A DNA stretch of 62,905 bases, counting the filler. It is 5 parts of 5 records of this genome, joined end to end, with 100 filler letters (N's around TTAATTAATTAA, not from the genome) between each part and the next. Parts side by side here need not be neighbours in the genome. Positions count along the whole stretch, not along the records: positions 29,553 to 42,275 come from DRR723986_2298; 4 more parts are not named here. One strand, given 5' to 3'. The notes below the pieces were generated by a model. The model was not told the origin of the DNA, did not search any database, and saw only the letters and a program-made list of their open reading frames with translations. Position numbers and translations under genes: made by a program. Within the stretch, counting starts at the first letter, position 1, and every line of letters starts with the position of its first letter. This document shows positions 29,583-39,866 of this stretch, in pieces.

Positions 29583-31967
29583 GTGTACTACTTGAATCCT
29601 TAAACTGCGCGTAGTTCTGTCTGACTGCACACGAATAATGTAAAGGCCACTGGGCCAGTCAGAACAGTTAAACTGTAGGTTGAGTGGGTCAGCATTGGGA
29701 GTCGCATAACTTTCGTTAATAAACGTGTCTCCAAGCCTGTCAACACAGGTGACACGTGTGACGTCGGCTCCCTCAGCAGGCTGAATAAACAAATCAAAAA
29801 ATTGGTCGGCTGGATTGGGCTGAGCGTTAATGCGCAGGACGCGGCGCCACAGGATTCCATAGTCCAGGCAGTAGTCGTTAACACTGAAGTTGCCGTTTTG
29901 TACATCGGCTTCCAGTCCGCAAAGTCCCGGAGCATCAAGAAATTGAATGTCGTTAATGCCCAGGACAGTCTCAAGTTTGGAGTTGAGTAAGGGCAAATAT
30001 TCAATATAGGCCAGAGTGTCAAGACTGTCGCGCACCAGCTGGGCAGGAATCTCAATGTCAACAAACAACTCACCATCCACAATTTCCTTGTTTAACAAAA
30101 CTGCATCGATGAGGTTAGCGTAACGCAGTAATAAGGCATTGTTAACAATACGCAGGCGCGTTGGCGGCAGCTGCTGCGGCAGGATGGCATCGCGCAGATC
30201 TACAATGATTGGAATGCGCAATTGTGATCCGGGTTCAGCACTTGTGTCGGGTAACATATAGAGCGGTTTAACTTCCGGCGGGCGGGCCACGGAGACCAAG
30301 ACACTGGCAACTGCGTCACATTTTTCATCTGCGCTGCCACGAACCTCGTAGAGGGTGCGTTCGCGCGGGGCAACCCTGGGGCTGTCCGATTGTAAATCGT
30401 TTATAGCTGTGCCGGCTGCCCACTCGTACTGCTCGGCACCAGTGACGCGCAGTTGTAAACTGTCACCCAGGCAGATAGTTGTGTCGCTGTTGATTGTTAA
30501 CTCGACGGGATCGCGAGCCTGAATAGTTAACTCTACAGTTTGTGAACAGCTGCCAGAAGAGCCGCGGACTCGAAACGTAGTGGTCTGCTCCACGCGCACG
30601 CGCGGGTTGGCAAGGGTATTGTCATCAAACAGTTCGGCGGGTTCCCACTCGTACTGCGCGGCACCGGCGGCGTTTAACTGGACGGTCTCACCGGCGCAGA
30701 CTTCAAAAGTTTCGGCGGTGGCGTCCAGCTCCACACGACTGCCGAAACGATCGGTTAAGACCATAAAGTCAATGAAGTTCATCCATCCGTAGGTCAGTCC
30801 TCTCAGGCTGGGGCCAAAGTCCAAAATATTGCGCTCGATGTTCAGCTCGGCTGCGGCGGCGTCAGGATTGTTAATTCGGGATAGTTGATTGTACGCGTGG
30901 AGAATATACATGGCACGGTCGGGGCCAACCTGCAGCGCACCCTCCCAATATTGTTCCGTTCCATCTATCACTGTGCGGCTGGCACTGATTGCCTCGGCTG
31001 TGAAATCTTCAAGGCTGTAACGTTCAACACCTGCACGGCGTCCCATCGTGTATAATGATTGTCCGTCAGGCGAAAACGAAACGGAATACAGGCGGATACT
31101 TTGCCCGCGCGGATGCTGAATCATCAGCGGCGCACTAAAGGTTTTAGTTGTGCGGTCAAATTCGTAGATGCGAACCGGATTGTTCGGTGACTGGTCGTTA
31201 ACTTCTGCGAGGCGATCGCTGTTAACATTAAACTTGATTTCACCAACGTCATGCCGTTGGCCGATATTCCCAAAGTCCGATTCGATTGGATTTTCTTCCA
31301 GTCCGTTAAGGCCCAGTGTCCACACATAAAGATTTGTGTTGCGGCCCGCTCCTACACTGACGATCAAAGATTCACTGCCGCAAGGATCGTAGATGCCGGT
31401 AATTTTTTCCGACAGGCGGATGTCACTTCGCAGAATGCCCCGGTCAGTCACGTCCCCCAGGCCGCCGCGTGCGTCCAGCGCAACAACGAGATATGACATA
31501 CTCGTCACGGCGTCCTCGTAAAACTGCGTAGGGTTGGCGATTGGATCGGTGGTATTACTACCGGGGTTAAAAATGTACAATAGGTTGGGATCACCAGGGT
31601 GCGGCAGAATTAGAGCAGACTGAGTAGTTGACCAAAATGGAGCACGATCCTGCGCATTGACTCCCGCAATCACCGAACCCGGCATCAGATTGTGCGTGCG
31701 ATCCCAGACAATTAAACCATCGGTATAAAGTACAAGTTCACCTGTCTGCGGATCAGACCAGGTAGCGCCACCTTCGTTAATAATCATTTCACTGTCTGTC
31801 AGGCGCGCGACGGTTCCATTGGCAAAAGTCATTCCGAACTTTTGTCCAAAATACCAGTTTTCGGCTGAGCGGTTCTGTGAGAGTAATTCAGTTGGAAGGA
31901 GTAGACACAAGGCAACTGCGAAGCAGACCTTTGCCACGTAAAGCGGGGTAAAAAGAACTAGTTTCAC
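29580..31967 (-). CDS. Secreted beta-propeller + Ig-like repeats protein with T9SS type-A-like C-terminal domain
   Basis: Signal peptide; NWYFG...EG.AT.SD..TG.L.LYTDG and GALQVGPD propeller motifs; two C.G..VQL.A.GA.QYEW Ig-like repeats; C-terminal PNPA...SG.Y.I.V. Confidence 0.8.
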   Translation of the reverse strand: MKLVLFTPLYVAKVCFAVALCLLLPTELLSQNRSAENWYFGQKFGMTFANGTVARLTDSEMIINEGGATWSDPQTGELVLYTDGLIVWDRTHNLMPGSVIAGVNAQDRAPFWSTTQSALILPHPGDPNLLYIFNPGSNTTDPIANPTQFYEDAVTSMSYLVVALDARGGLGDVTDRGILRSDIRLSEKITGIYDPCGSESLIVSVGAGRNTNLYVWTLGLNGLEENPIESDFGNIGQRHDVGEIKFNVNSDRLAEVNDQSPNNPVRIYEFDRTTKTFSAPLMIQHPRGQSIRLYSVSFSPDGQSLYTMGRRAGVERYSLEDFTAEAISASRTVIDGTEQYWEGALQVGPDRAMYILHAYNQLSRINNPDAAAAELNIERNILDFGPSLRGLTYGWMNFIDFMVLTDRFGSRVELDATAETFEVCAGETVQLNAAGAAQYEWEPAELFDDNTLANPRVRVEQTTTFRVRGSSGSCSQTVELTIQARDPVELTINSDTTICLGDSLQLRVTGAEQYEWAAGTAINDLQSDSPRVAPRERTLYEVRGSADEKCDAVASVLVSVARPPEVKPLYMLPDTSAEPGSQLRIPIIVDLRDAILPQQLPPTRLRIVNNALLLRYANLIDAVLLNKEIVDGELFVDIEIPAQLVRDSLDTLAYIEYLPLLNSKLETVLGINDIQFLDAPGLCGLEADVQNGNFSVNDYCLDYGILWRRVLRINAQPNPADQFFDLFIQPAEGADVTRVTCVDRLGDTFINESYATPNADPLNLQFNCSDWPSGLYIIRVQSDRTTRSLRIQVVH

Positions 31968-32201
31968 AATAGATTCTCATCGAACATGAAAAACAAATTG
32001 TGTGCCCAGCCAAGAAAATACCCCGAAGTAAAAATAGTCACAAACAATGTGAAAAATTCTTGCCTTATGCTTGAGCGCTTCGCCGTCACCCTGTTATCAC
32101 AGGTTTTCCGGCTTACTTTTTTTTCTTTTGTTTTGCACCGATCCAGCAGCATCGATTGGCTGAGTGAATTGAATATGTTCACTCAGTGCCAAACAGAAAG
32201 C

Positions 32202-32249
32202 TCATAAAAGCCTGAGATGCAAATGTAATGACGCAGCTCAAAGCGCTCA
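32202..32249. repeat. Dispersed hairpin repeat, copy B
   Basis: TCATAAAAGCCTGAGATGCAAATGTAATGACGCAGCTCAAAGCG(CTCA), 41/44 identical to copy C. Confidence 0.9.
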
Positions 32250-32271
32250 AGCAGAAGTGTTGAGTACGGTT

Positions 32272-33861
32272 TCAGGCAATTTCCGATCCATCATCCAGTG
32301 GCAGTGCATCGCCCAGTCCGCATCTCATCAGGAATGCGTTGCTAAACATATAACGTTGCATTGGGTCGGGAAGCATCTTCTTGCGTTCCGCCAGCCACTT
32401 GTCAACACTATCGCCGTACATTTTGTTAAGGCGGTCAGCCGAATAATCGCCTTCCTGGCCCCAGTGCAAAGTGAAGGGATGGCCCGCATCGTCCATGGCT
32501 GTGAACACATGGTCATAGAAAGTGCGCGTGCCCGGAGAGTTTAATCCCGGCAGTTCAATCGTGCATGTTAACGGACTAAAACGCGTGAAACCAAGCGTCG
32601 CTTCGGTATTTTTAACAAAACGAATGCCGAGCATACCCGCAAAGGTTGAGTCTTTGGCCGTTTGCATTACGAGGTCCACGGCTTCGGCAGCGATGCCGAT
32701 CGGCACACCAAGCTCACTACTGGCACCACCATTTTCCGGTCTGTAAATGGTTGAGTCCCCAAAAATATTGCGCGGCGTCTGGATGTATCCGGACTGTTCT
32801 TCGGCTACATTGCCAAACAAAGTGTTAACAACAGTTGGAACCAGGCTGCCGGCCACATTTGTGATTGCACCAACCATAGAAAGAATATCATCACCAACAC
32901 GCGTAGATGAACTGCTCGGCTCAGGACTTAACTGGCTCTGGTCATAAGGTAGTTTGTACATGAGCCGCAGAAATGCGTTTTTCTTGTCGGCATAGGGATT
33001 GGCGATAATATCCAGGTGGTACGGGTCGGTGTCGTGTGGCAGACCCATTTCCTGCAAAAAGGGTTTGAGGTTGGTATTTGAAGAATGGTCGAAGTTTGCC
33101 AGATAGGGATAGACTTTACGTGCCTGGTCGTAGTCGACGCGCATGCTATAGGCCTTGAGCATGTAGAGCGAGACTGTTTCAACAATGATTCCATGAATAA
33201 CGCCAAAACTACCAAAACTGACGACGGCGCTTTTAAACAACTCATCGGCATTAATCAGTTTTGCTCCAAATACATTGCTGAAGTTTGAGTTGACAATTGG
33301 GCGTGAGGCCGGCTGAATGATGACATGTTCTTTATCGCTGGTTACGAAGTGTAAAGCGCGAACGTAATCCTGCATTGCACCAATGTTAAGTGCTGAGCCA
33401 TGGGTGCCGGTTGAGACGGCCCCGGCCAGGGTTTGTCCGTTGCTGGCGCCGGTTGTAGCCAGTGCCGTTCCACGTTGTTCGAGTTCCCAGTTAATCTGAC
33501 TGACCTGAGCACCAGTTTGAAAGTAGAACAGACGTTTGTTAAGTGGCATCGGGTCATCGTAGATAGCTTCACCCGCAATTGAATTTGCGCCGACCGTACC
33601 GTAGAACGACAGGAGGGTTGTATCGAGCATCGCGTCTTTACAGACAGCTACTTTGGAGAGCGACCATCTTCCGCCAAAGGAACGGACGCGCTCGCTGCGA
33701 CTGCGCACCTGGCCGAGCATTTTCTGAATTCCCGCAAGGCCTTCGCGCCATTGAGTTGCCGTATTATTGGAAATTTCGTAGAGCCGTTGGACATTCTGAC
33801 TAATATTATTGTGTTCGTTTTTCCAGGTATGGTTGTGTTTGATGTCAAATTTACTACTCAT
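32272..33861 (-). CDS. FAD-linked oxidase, VAO/aldonolactone-oxidase-like family
   Basis: N-terminal W.N, R.FGGRWSLS, GASNGQTLAGAVSTGTHGS, VSFGSFGVI, RFVK...ATLGFT, C-terminal HWG. Start placed at ATG 33861. Confidence 0.85.
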   Translation of the reverse strand: MSSKFDIKHNHTWKNEHNNISQNVQRLYEISNNTATQWREGLAGIQKMLGQVRSRSERVRSFGGRWSLSKVAVCKDAMLDTTLLSFYGTVGANSIAGEAIYDDPMPLNKRLFYFQTGAQVSQINWELEQRGTALATTGASNGQTLAGAVSTGTHGSALNIGAMQDYVRALHFVTSDKEHVIIQPASRPIVNSNFSNVFGAKLINADELFKSAVVSFGSFGVIHGIIVETVSLYMLKAYSMRVDYDQARKVYPYLANFDHSSNTNLKPFLQEMGLPHDTDPYHLDIIANPYADKKNAFLRLMYKLPYDQSQLSPEPSSSSTRVGDDILSMVGAITNVAGSLVPTVVNTLFGNVAEEQSGYIQTPRNIFGDSTIYRPENGGASSELGVPIGIAAEAVDLVMQTAKDSTFAGMLGIRFVKNTEATLGFTRFSPLTCTIELPGLNSPGTRTFYDHVFTAMDDAGHPFTLHWGQEGDYSADRLNKMYGDSVDKWLAERKKMLPDPMQRYMFSNAFLMRCGLGDALPLDDGSEIA

Positions 33862-34243
33862 TGTTGGCCCCCTGTGCATTTGAGTTGTTAAGTGGAGCTT
33901 CGCCAATATCACCGCCGCCCTGCAATTTGCCGGCCGTACAGCGGTATTCGATATCGACGGGAACAACGGCCCCGAGTGTAATGAAGCTGCAAAGTGAATA
34001 CAGCCAATTGGTTTGCATGCTGACTACCTGCAGGCCATTTGTGCGGCAGTCAACCGATTTAACGGGGTCTGAGGCGCCCCAAAACAAGGCCCATACAGTT
34101 TCGGATTGAATGTCGCCGGTCTTGGAGGCTTGTTTGGCTTTAACGTGTACGGTGGAGCAGCCTTCGCACATAAAACTGGCGGAGCTAAATGCGAGCATAA
34201 TTAGCAGTACACGAAAGGGGCGGAGAGTAGCCGTTTGCATCAT
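33854..34243 (-). CDS. Bor/Iss-like small lipoprotein
   Basis: Lipobox-like EG-C, then LFWG, C...G...V...TNW...L.S.ITLG...P...EY.C, the Bor-family pattern. RBS GAGGA; overlaps the oxidase start by 8 bp. Confidence 0.75.
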   Translation of the reverse strand: MMQTATLRPFRVLLIMLAFSSASFMCEGCSTVHVKAKQASKTGDIQSETVWALFWGASDPVKSVDCRTNGLQVVSMQTNWLYSLCSFITLGAVVPVDIEYRCTAGKLQGGGDIGEAPLNNSNAQGANNE

Positions 34244-34289
34244 ATTCCTCAGCAATTGGTGTGTAGAAATCAGTGTAGTTGATGTACAA

Positions 34290-34315
34290 ATTATGCCTTT
34301 GTTTAAAGGCATAAT
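34290..34315. promoter_or_regulatory. Perfect 11-bp inverted repeat upstream of the Bor-oxidase operon
   Basis: ATTATGCCTTT-GTTT-AAAGGCATAAT, 46 bp upstream of the ATG. Confidence 0.55.
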
Positions 34316-34725
34316 AAGCTACACACAAAATAGCAACTTTACCAGAAAAAATGCGGTGGAAGTCGTCAGTACCGGCAAGATATGTCCGCAGGCCTGTATG
34401 GATTGTCCCTTAGTGAACTAATCATTGAGTCGTTTGGTTTACAAGCCGCCTTGAGTGAAGTGCGAAGCACGGAGCTACAAGTTGGCGCGGCTTTTTGTAT
34501 GTTGTTGCGGATGTTGCTCCAGGCTACATTCGCTATGAGCCTTTTAGCATGTCTATGCAAATGAATAAACATGTGTCCTGCAAGGCAAAAGAACTGCGAC
34601 TGTGCCGCCGCAAAACGACGATCCTTTCCGGGTTGGCTTGCCCCAACGGGGGGACTTATCTCTTCCGGCAAATACCCTGATAACCGGGCCTGAAATTCAC
34701 TGATTCATCAAATAAGGTAAAGACT

Positions 34726-35103
34726 ATGAGTGCAAAAACGATTAATATCATTTATTGGATTGCTACTGGACTGCTGAGTCTTATGATGTGTTTCTCTGCC
34801 GGGTTGTACATCTTTAATAGTGAAGTGATGTCCGAAGTATTTGTTGGTTTGGGCTTCCCTGCCTGGCTTCTTTATCCCCTGGCCGCTGCTAAAATCCTTG
34901 GGCTGATTGCAATTTGGACCAACAAATCGAGCACTTTGAAGGAGTGGGCCTATGCCGGATATTTCTTTGACTTTGCGCTGGCTGCCACGGCACATATTAT
35001 GATTAATGACGGCGAATTTGGTGGCGCGGTGATGGCAATGGTATTGTTGCTGACTTCGTATTTCTTTGGCCATAAAAAAGCGGCGGCGGCTTCAAAGTCT
35101 TAA
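34726..35103 (+). CDS. DoxX-like (DoxX_2) membrane protein
   Basis: IIYWIATGL, LGFP....YPL..AKILG, LKEWAYAG..FD..LA..AH. Confidence 0.88.
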   Translation: MSAKTINIIYWIATGLLSLMMCFSAGLYIFNSEVMSEVFVGLGFPAWLLYPLAAAKILGLIAIWTNKSSTLKEWAYAGYFFDFALAATAHIMINDGEFGGAVMAMVLLLTSYFFGHKKAAAASKS

Positions 35104-35188
35104 GTTTTAATGCGGTCGGGTTGTGTGTGATGTTGCCGGCTAGGGTTTGTGCCGTTGCACCTGACATCATCTGATGAGAAATGAATGT

Positions 35189-36007
35189 TTAACAATCAAA
35201 CTGTACGATGCGGTTTACTGCAATAAAGCCTGCGCGACCTATCGCTTTTTGAGCAGCGATATTGATTTTTTCTGTGGAACAGATTGGTTTTGCGTTTCTG
35301 TTCCTGGCAAAAAGTGTCAGTTGTTTTAACACTTTAGTTGCAATGCCCTGACCACGCGCAGTGCTTGAGACGATCATGCCCAGGTCGGCATAGTCCTGCT
35401 GGTAGATATCAGAGCTGCGGCATTCGCCAACTGCCAGTATTTGACCGTCCAGCCAATGTGCATACACTTCGCGTCGTTCTATGAGCCGTCCGTAATACAT
35501 TCTGAGCCAGTCCTGCGGTGCTTGCAGCGTTGTGTGTGTAAAATCAATCAGAGCTGTTAACTGTTCACTATTAACTGCCTGTAGTTCGATAAATGACGAT
35601 TGATCGGATTTTAACTGCGGCTGTGCATGCAGCTGATACATCAAGGCATTGACTTCAAAGCGGTCAAACTGGTCCAGGCAATGTGCGAGGTATTGCGGTT
35701 CGGCTGTGCTGACGAACGCACCGCGCGGGCCTGCGGTCGGCAATAGTTCGTTTGCGAAAATTGCATTAAACAGTTCGCCCGCCTGCTCCTGAAACTGCGG
35801 CCGCAGGTAAAACTGCAGCATAAACTTCTCGGCGTTGATGCAGCAGTAGCCGACGAGTTGATTGTTGTGATAGAAGCCGAAGTGCTGAGCCATTGGGACA
35901 AAACCGCAGAGCCACATGCCGTCAAGCGCAGCAGTCGCAAGACTGAGGTATTCCAGTTTGAGGTCTGATAGACTATTGAGTGAATCCAAAGGTTTAATCT
36001 GAAGCAT
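35189..36007 (-). CDS. GNAT family N-acetyltransferase
   Basis: ADLGMIV...ARGQGIAT (motif A) and N.A.QKAI.RAGF (motif B) in the C-terminal half. Confidence 0.85.
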   Translation of the reverse strand: MLQIKPLDSLNSLSDLKLEYLSLATAALDGMWLCGFVPMAQHFGFYHNNQLVGYCCINAEKFMLQFYLRPQFQEQAGELFNAIFANELLPTAGPRGAFVSTAEPQYLAHCLDQFDRFEVNALMYQLHAQPQLKSDQSSFIELQAVNSEQLTALIDFTHTTLQAPQDWLRMYYGRLIERREVYAHWLDGQILAVGECRSSDIYQQDYADLGMIVSSTARGQGIATKVLKQLTLFARNRNAKPICSTEKINIAAQKAIGRAGFIAVNRIVQFDC

Positions 36008-36041
36008 GTTAAGTTTTCCTACAGGAGTCAGGGTAATTGGA

Positions 36042-36599
36042 TTAACTGCAAATGTTCTGGGCGGCCTGAATCATATGTGGGCGCATTGCACTAAGTGGGT
36101 AGCGCTTGTAGATTGACAGGTAATGCAACGCAACACCGTCGAGCATTGCAAGGAGCAGGCGTGCTTTGGATTTGGCCTGAGCTACACCGGTGTGTTTAAT
36201 CCAGCTTTCGACCATCTGTAGAAGTAGCTTGGCGCGCTTCTGCTGTGCCAGGCGCACCGTTTCCTGCAGCTCGGGCATGAGTAGGAGCGTCAGCTGCAGT
36301 TTAAGGAACTGTCGTTCTGATTGTAGGAAGCTCAGATATGCATCTATGAAGCTGCTTAGTGCTTCCTGAATTGGCGCGCCGGGTTCCAACACAATTGCAA
36401 CTGATTGCATCCTGGCGGTTGTGGCTTCGATCAGCGCGCTGAGCAGTTCTTCCTTGCTTTTGAAGTAGTTGTAGACCAGACCTTTTGAAACGCCGGCTTC
36501 CTGCGTGATTTGCTCTACGCTAGTTGCGAAGTAGCCTTGTGTTTCAAACAACTTCATCGCTGCATCAAAGAGTTTCTGTTTGCCTTTGGGTGGGCGCAT
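36042..36599 (-). CDS. TetR/AcrR family regulator
   Basis: AA.KLF..QGY..TSVEQI..EAGVSKGLVYNYFKSKEELL. Confidence 0.93.
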   Translation of the reverse strand: MRPPKGKQKLFDAAMKLFETQGYFATSVEQITQEAGVSKGLVYNYFKSKEELLSALIEATTARMQSVAIVLEPGAPIQEALSSFIDAYLSFLQSERQFLKLQLTLLLMPELQETVRLAQQKRAKLLLQMVESWIKHTGVAQAKSKARLLLAMLDGVALHYLSIYKRYPLSAMRPHMIQAAQNICS

Positions 36600-36630
36600 G
36601 TTGTTCCCGTACTGCTGGATTGAAAATTTT

Positions 36631-36686
36631 ATAACTGACTGTGTGGTCAGTTATTCAAAGCTACAAAGTCTTGTGACTTTGTGCAA
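36631..36686 (-). promoter_or_regulatory. tetR promoter and palindromic operator
   Basis: Minus strand TTGCAC-N17-TAGCTT, followed by ATAACTGAC-N6-GTCAGTTAT (36631-36654). A second inverted repeat ACAAAGTC-N4-GACTTTGT lies at 36663-36682. Confidence 0.7.
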
Positions 36687-36917
36687 GTGCAGTTTGGTTT
36701 GAGTGACTGGGTGGCTGGGGACAAATTTGAAGTCTGGGGCTGGAGATACAGCGACGAACAAAAGCTCAAAAAGACCAGCCGGAGTGCAACGAGGGCGCAG
36801 GCAGGATTTGCTTATCTCGCAAATAGTGGTAGTTTTAGTCACCTTGTTATGCGTACCCATCATGATCAGCCAAACAGTTAATCCGCGAATCTTTGAATCC
36901 ACCAAAGGGATGAAAAC

Positions 36918-39785
36918 ATGCATTGTTCTTTACTACGTGAACAGCAGTTGAACACGCTGGGTGCGCTATTGCTCGTCGCCGGAGTTTTATTCAGCTGTCC
37001 GAGCCTCAATGCTCAGTTAATTCAGGATGTCCTGATAGACGACAGCCCCAAACAACACACAACCATTTTTCCCGAGTTAGGAATTGACGTAGGGCCGGAA
37101 AACTTCTATCTGATTGGAAGATCTTCATCGGAATGCCGTGCCGGTTTCTTTACCGCTTGTATCGACCCTGAAGGCAATGAAGTTTGGAACACGCTCAACA
37201 CAGATTTACAGTTGGAGACGGTCCGCATTCTTCGGATAATCGACGGTGAGCTTTTTGTTGGAGGCATTGAACAAGACGAGTTTAAACTGGGCCAGTACGA
37301 ACGGCTCCTGCTATACAAATTTGACATCAAAACAGGTGAACTGCTGTGGCAAAGTAGGCAGGAAGGTCCCAGGCCCGGCAACTATATTTTTGGAATGCAG
37401 CCATATGGTGATGATAATATTCTGATGCATTCAAACAGCAGAGAGCCAAACGCCAGAGTTGTTTGGATTGTAAACAGAGAGTCCGGACAAGATATCAGCA
37501 GCACGCAAATTGGACTTGGGAACGGTAGCGACCTCGCATCGGACAAACAAGGTGACATCTATGTTAACACACAGTATCAGATAAGTAAAATCGATGGCGC
37601 AAACGGGCGATTTCAGGAAACTATATGGGCGCGTTCCCTAGAGGACCTGGAAATAGAACCAAGGCTTCAGAAGGTTTTTAAGACTGAGAATGATCGCCTA
37701 TACGCCATTACGTCTGCCGGCACTCTGCTGGAAATTAACACGCTCGATGGCACAGTCGCGGATAAACTTATTCTGAACGGGGACTTAGAGCGTTCCACGC
37801 TCATGTCCTACCGCGTGGAATGGCCGCACTTGTACGCTGTCTGGCAAGGTGCCGCCAACCCCAATGGAATAAGACAAACCGGAGTCAGTAAAGTTAACCT
37901 GGACGAGCTGAATGAACTGTGGCTTACCAGTACTGATCCAGAAGTTAATATCTCGTTTCGGGAAATAGCACAGATTCGCGAAAACGGTGATTTGATCGCA
38001 ACGGCCGTAACCAGCGGCAATGATATTCAGGCTAATCTGAGCATCATATATCTCGACGGTACAGACGGCAGCGAGAAGGCCAATAACTTTCATGACTTGT
38101 CAGGAACCGCTTCTCAGAATACCACTTTATTTCTGTCACCATTTGACAACGGCAAAGACATTCGACTATTTGGCTTTCAATATGAAACGATTGCACCTTA
38201 CTATTATCGCGCACAAATCCGAATACTGGGACTTGACGAAAACACCTTGGAGCTCAGCGACAAGGCGACATTTTCTGGGCAAGCGCGTTATGCAAGTTTT
38301 GTTAAGTCAATGCACAGTTCTGACGATGGAAGTTTGCTCCAGTTGCGACAGCACGGCGCGGTAGTTGAAGTTGTACGCCTAGATGCAAACTTCCAGGAAC
38401 TCTGGTCAACGCATCTGCCTGTGATTGGCAATCTGGAATTGGCTCTATCACTGGCTGTTAACGACGTTGGTCAAATTGGCGTGATGACACGGCCAGCGAC
38501 TTCGGAAGTGAGCCGGGACTACAAATATGACCCTGGCTTTGGTAATGTGCCCGACCCCCGAGTGCTACATTTCTTTGTTCTTTCTCCAGATGGTGAGATC
38601 CTAACAGACCACGAGGAGCGCGCGGAGCCGAATTACAACAATTTGCACGTGAACCCGCAGTTGAATACCAGTGGCAATGACTTTTATGCCCTGATAGGTG
38701 AAGGTACTGATGAACTGGCTCCCGAATACATACTTGGCATTAACAGCTCTGGCGCAATGCGTTATACCGGGCCTAAGGGATTGCCTTACGCCGCTTTGGC
38801 AAAACGCATTGTACGGCACAACGACGACTTGTTTATTCTAAACTCTGCAGATAATTCTTCACAGAATGCGGCGTTCTACCATCTTGACCCGCGCACCGGG
38901 GAAACTACAGTCCGGGCTGAATGGAGCGAGCTCCGCAGACTCCTGCTTGCAGAGACATTTGCGGACGGTAGCGCGATTGTCGTTGGTGAACACAAAGATG
39001 GAACAGGCGAAGTCATACGATTTGATCTGGAGAGTGGTGCCACAATCTGGCGCTATTCGATTAACAGTTACCACGAAGCACAGATCGTAAAAAGTGACGG
39101 CAACGGCAAAATCTATCTGGCTGGGAATGTTTATGAAGAGGGCTTCGGTTCGATCCGCGACCTTGTGATTTCGCGTGTGGATGAATCGAGCGGGGAGTTG
39201 GATTGGCGTACGCTCAGGTCACCGGAAATCTTAAGGCTTCTGACACCCGGTGAGATGGTGCTGAATAGCGGAGCCGTATTTATGAGTGGCTCCGTGATCA
39301 ATACGACTACGAACACAAATCAAGACGGCTTCCTGATGTATTTGGATCAATCAGGTAATAATGTCGGCTTTGACATCTTGGCAGGCAGCCGCAGCGTGGA
39401 TTTGCATCTCACGTTAGACAAGCAAGTTCTCCACAGTGTTGAAGAGCCTATTGAAGGCGAATGTTACACCGGTGGCGCTGTTTACTTAGTAGATCAGGCC
39501 GTTGTTGGCATCCAGGAAGGTAACCAGCATACAAACGTTCAATTGCGGACATTTCCCAACCCAGCAGATTCGCAGGTTTTACTCGTGTTTGACGGGGTTG
39601 AAGGACAGGAGTATACGCTTGTGGTGCGGGATATTCTCGGTCGTAAACTCATGCAAACACAAGCCAGGCTCGCGAATGCCGCAGCCGGGATACACTTAAG
39701 CCTTGATGATATCGGTAGTGGTATTTACGGAATTGAAATCAGCGGTGGTGGCTTACGCGCTCAGGGAATGTTTACGAAGCGCTAA
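36918..39785 (+). CDS. Secreted multi-beta-propeller protein with T9SS type-A-like C-terminal domain
   Basis: Signal peptide (..SLNAQ), repeated D..TG..LW blade motifs, C-terminal FPNPA...RDILGR...SG.Y.I. Start uncertain (ATG 36918 or TTG 36948). Confidence 0.8.
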   Translation: MHCSLLREQQLNTLGALLLVAGVLFSCPSLNAQLIQDVLIDDSPKQHTTIFPELGIDVGPENFYLIGRSSSECRAGFFTACIDPEGNEVWNTLNTDLQLETVRILRIIDGELFVGGIEQDEFKLGQYERLLLYKFDIKTGELLWQSRQEGPRPGNYIFGMQPYGDDNILMHSNSREPNARVVWIVNRESGQDISSTQIGLGNGSDLASDKQGDIYVNTQYQISKIDGANGRFQETIWARSLEDLEIEPRLQKVFKTENDRLYAITSAGTLLEINTLDGTVADKLILNGDLERSTLMSYRVEWPHLYAVWQGAANPNGIRQTGVSKVNLDELNELWLTSTDPEVNISFREIAQIRENGDLIATAVTSGNDIQANLSIIYLDGTDGSEKANNFHDLSGTASQNTTLFLSPFDNGKDIRLFGFQYETIAPYYYRAQIRILGLDENTLELSDKATFSGQARYASFVKSMHSSDDGSLLQLRQHGAVVEVVRLDANFQELWSTHLPVIGNLELALSLAVNDVGQIGVMTRPATSEVSRDYKYDPGFGNVPDPRVLHFFVLSPDGEILTDHEERAEPNYNNLHVNPQLNTSGNDFYALIGEGTDELAPEYILGINSSGAMRYTGPKGLPYAALAKRIVRHNDDLFILNSADNSSQNAAFYHLDPRTGETTVRAEWSELRRLLLAETFADGSAIVVGEHKDGTGEVIRFDLESGATIWRYSINSYHEAQIVKSDGNGKIYLAGNVYEEGFGSIRDLVISRVDESSGELDWRTLRSPEILRLLTPGEMVLNSGAVFMSGSVINTTTNTNQDGFLMYLDQSGNNVGFDILAGSRSVDLHLTLDKQVLHSVEEPIEGECYTGGAVYLVDQAVVGIQEGNQHTNVQLRTFPNPADSQVLLVFDGVEGQEYTLVVRDILGRKLMQTQARLANAAAGIHLSLDDIGSGIYGIEISGGGLRAQGMFTKR

Positions 39786-39825
39786 TCGCTTGTGGACCCA
39801 CTAATCAAACAAATCGTTAAACATC

Positions 39826-39860
39826 AAAGCGCGGGCAAAATTTTTGCTCCGCGCTTTTTT
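39826..39860 (+). terminator. Intrinsic terminator after the T9SS cargo gene
   Basis: AAAGCGCGGGCAAAATTTTTGCTCCGCGCTTTTTT hairpin with T tract. Confidence 0.8.
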
Positions 39861-39866
39861 GTTTTG

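Noticed and set aside
36743..36770. GAGATACAGCGACGAACAAAAGCTCAAA as a fourth, degenerate copy of the hairpin repeat
   Set aside because: Only the ends match and the stem is broken; too weak to call without an alignment statistic.
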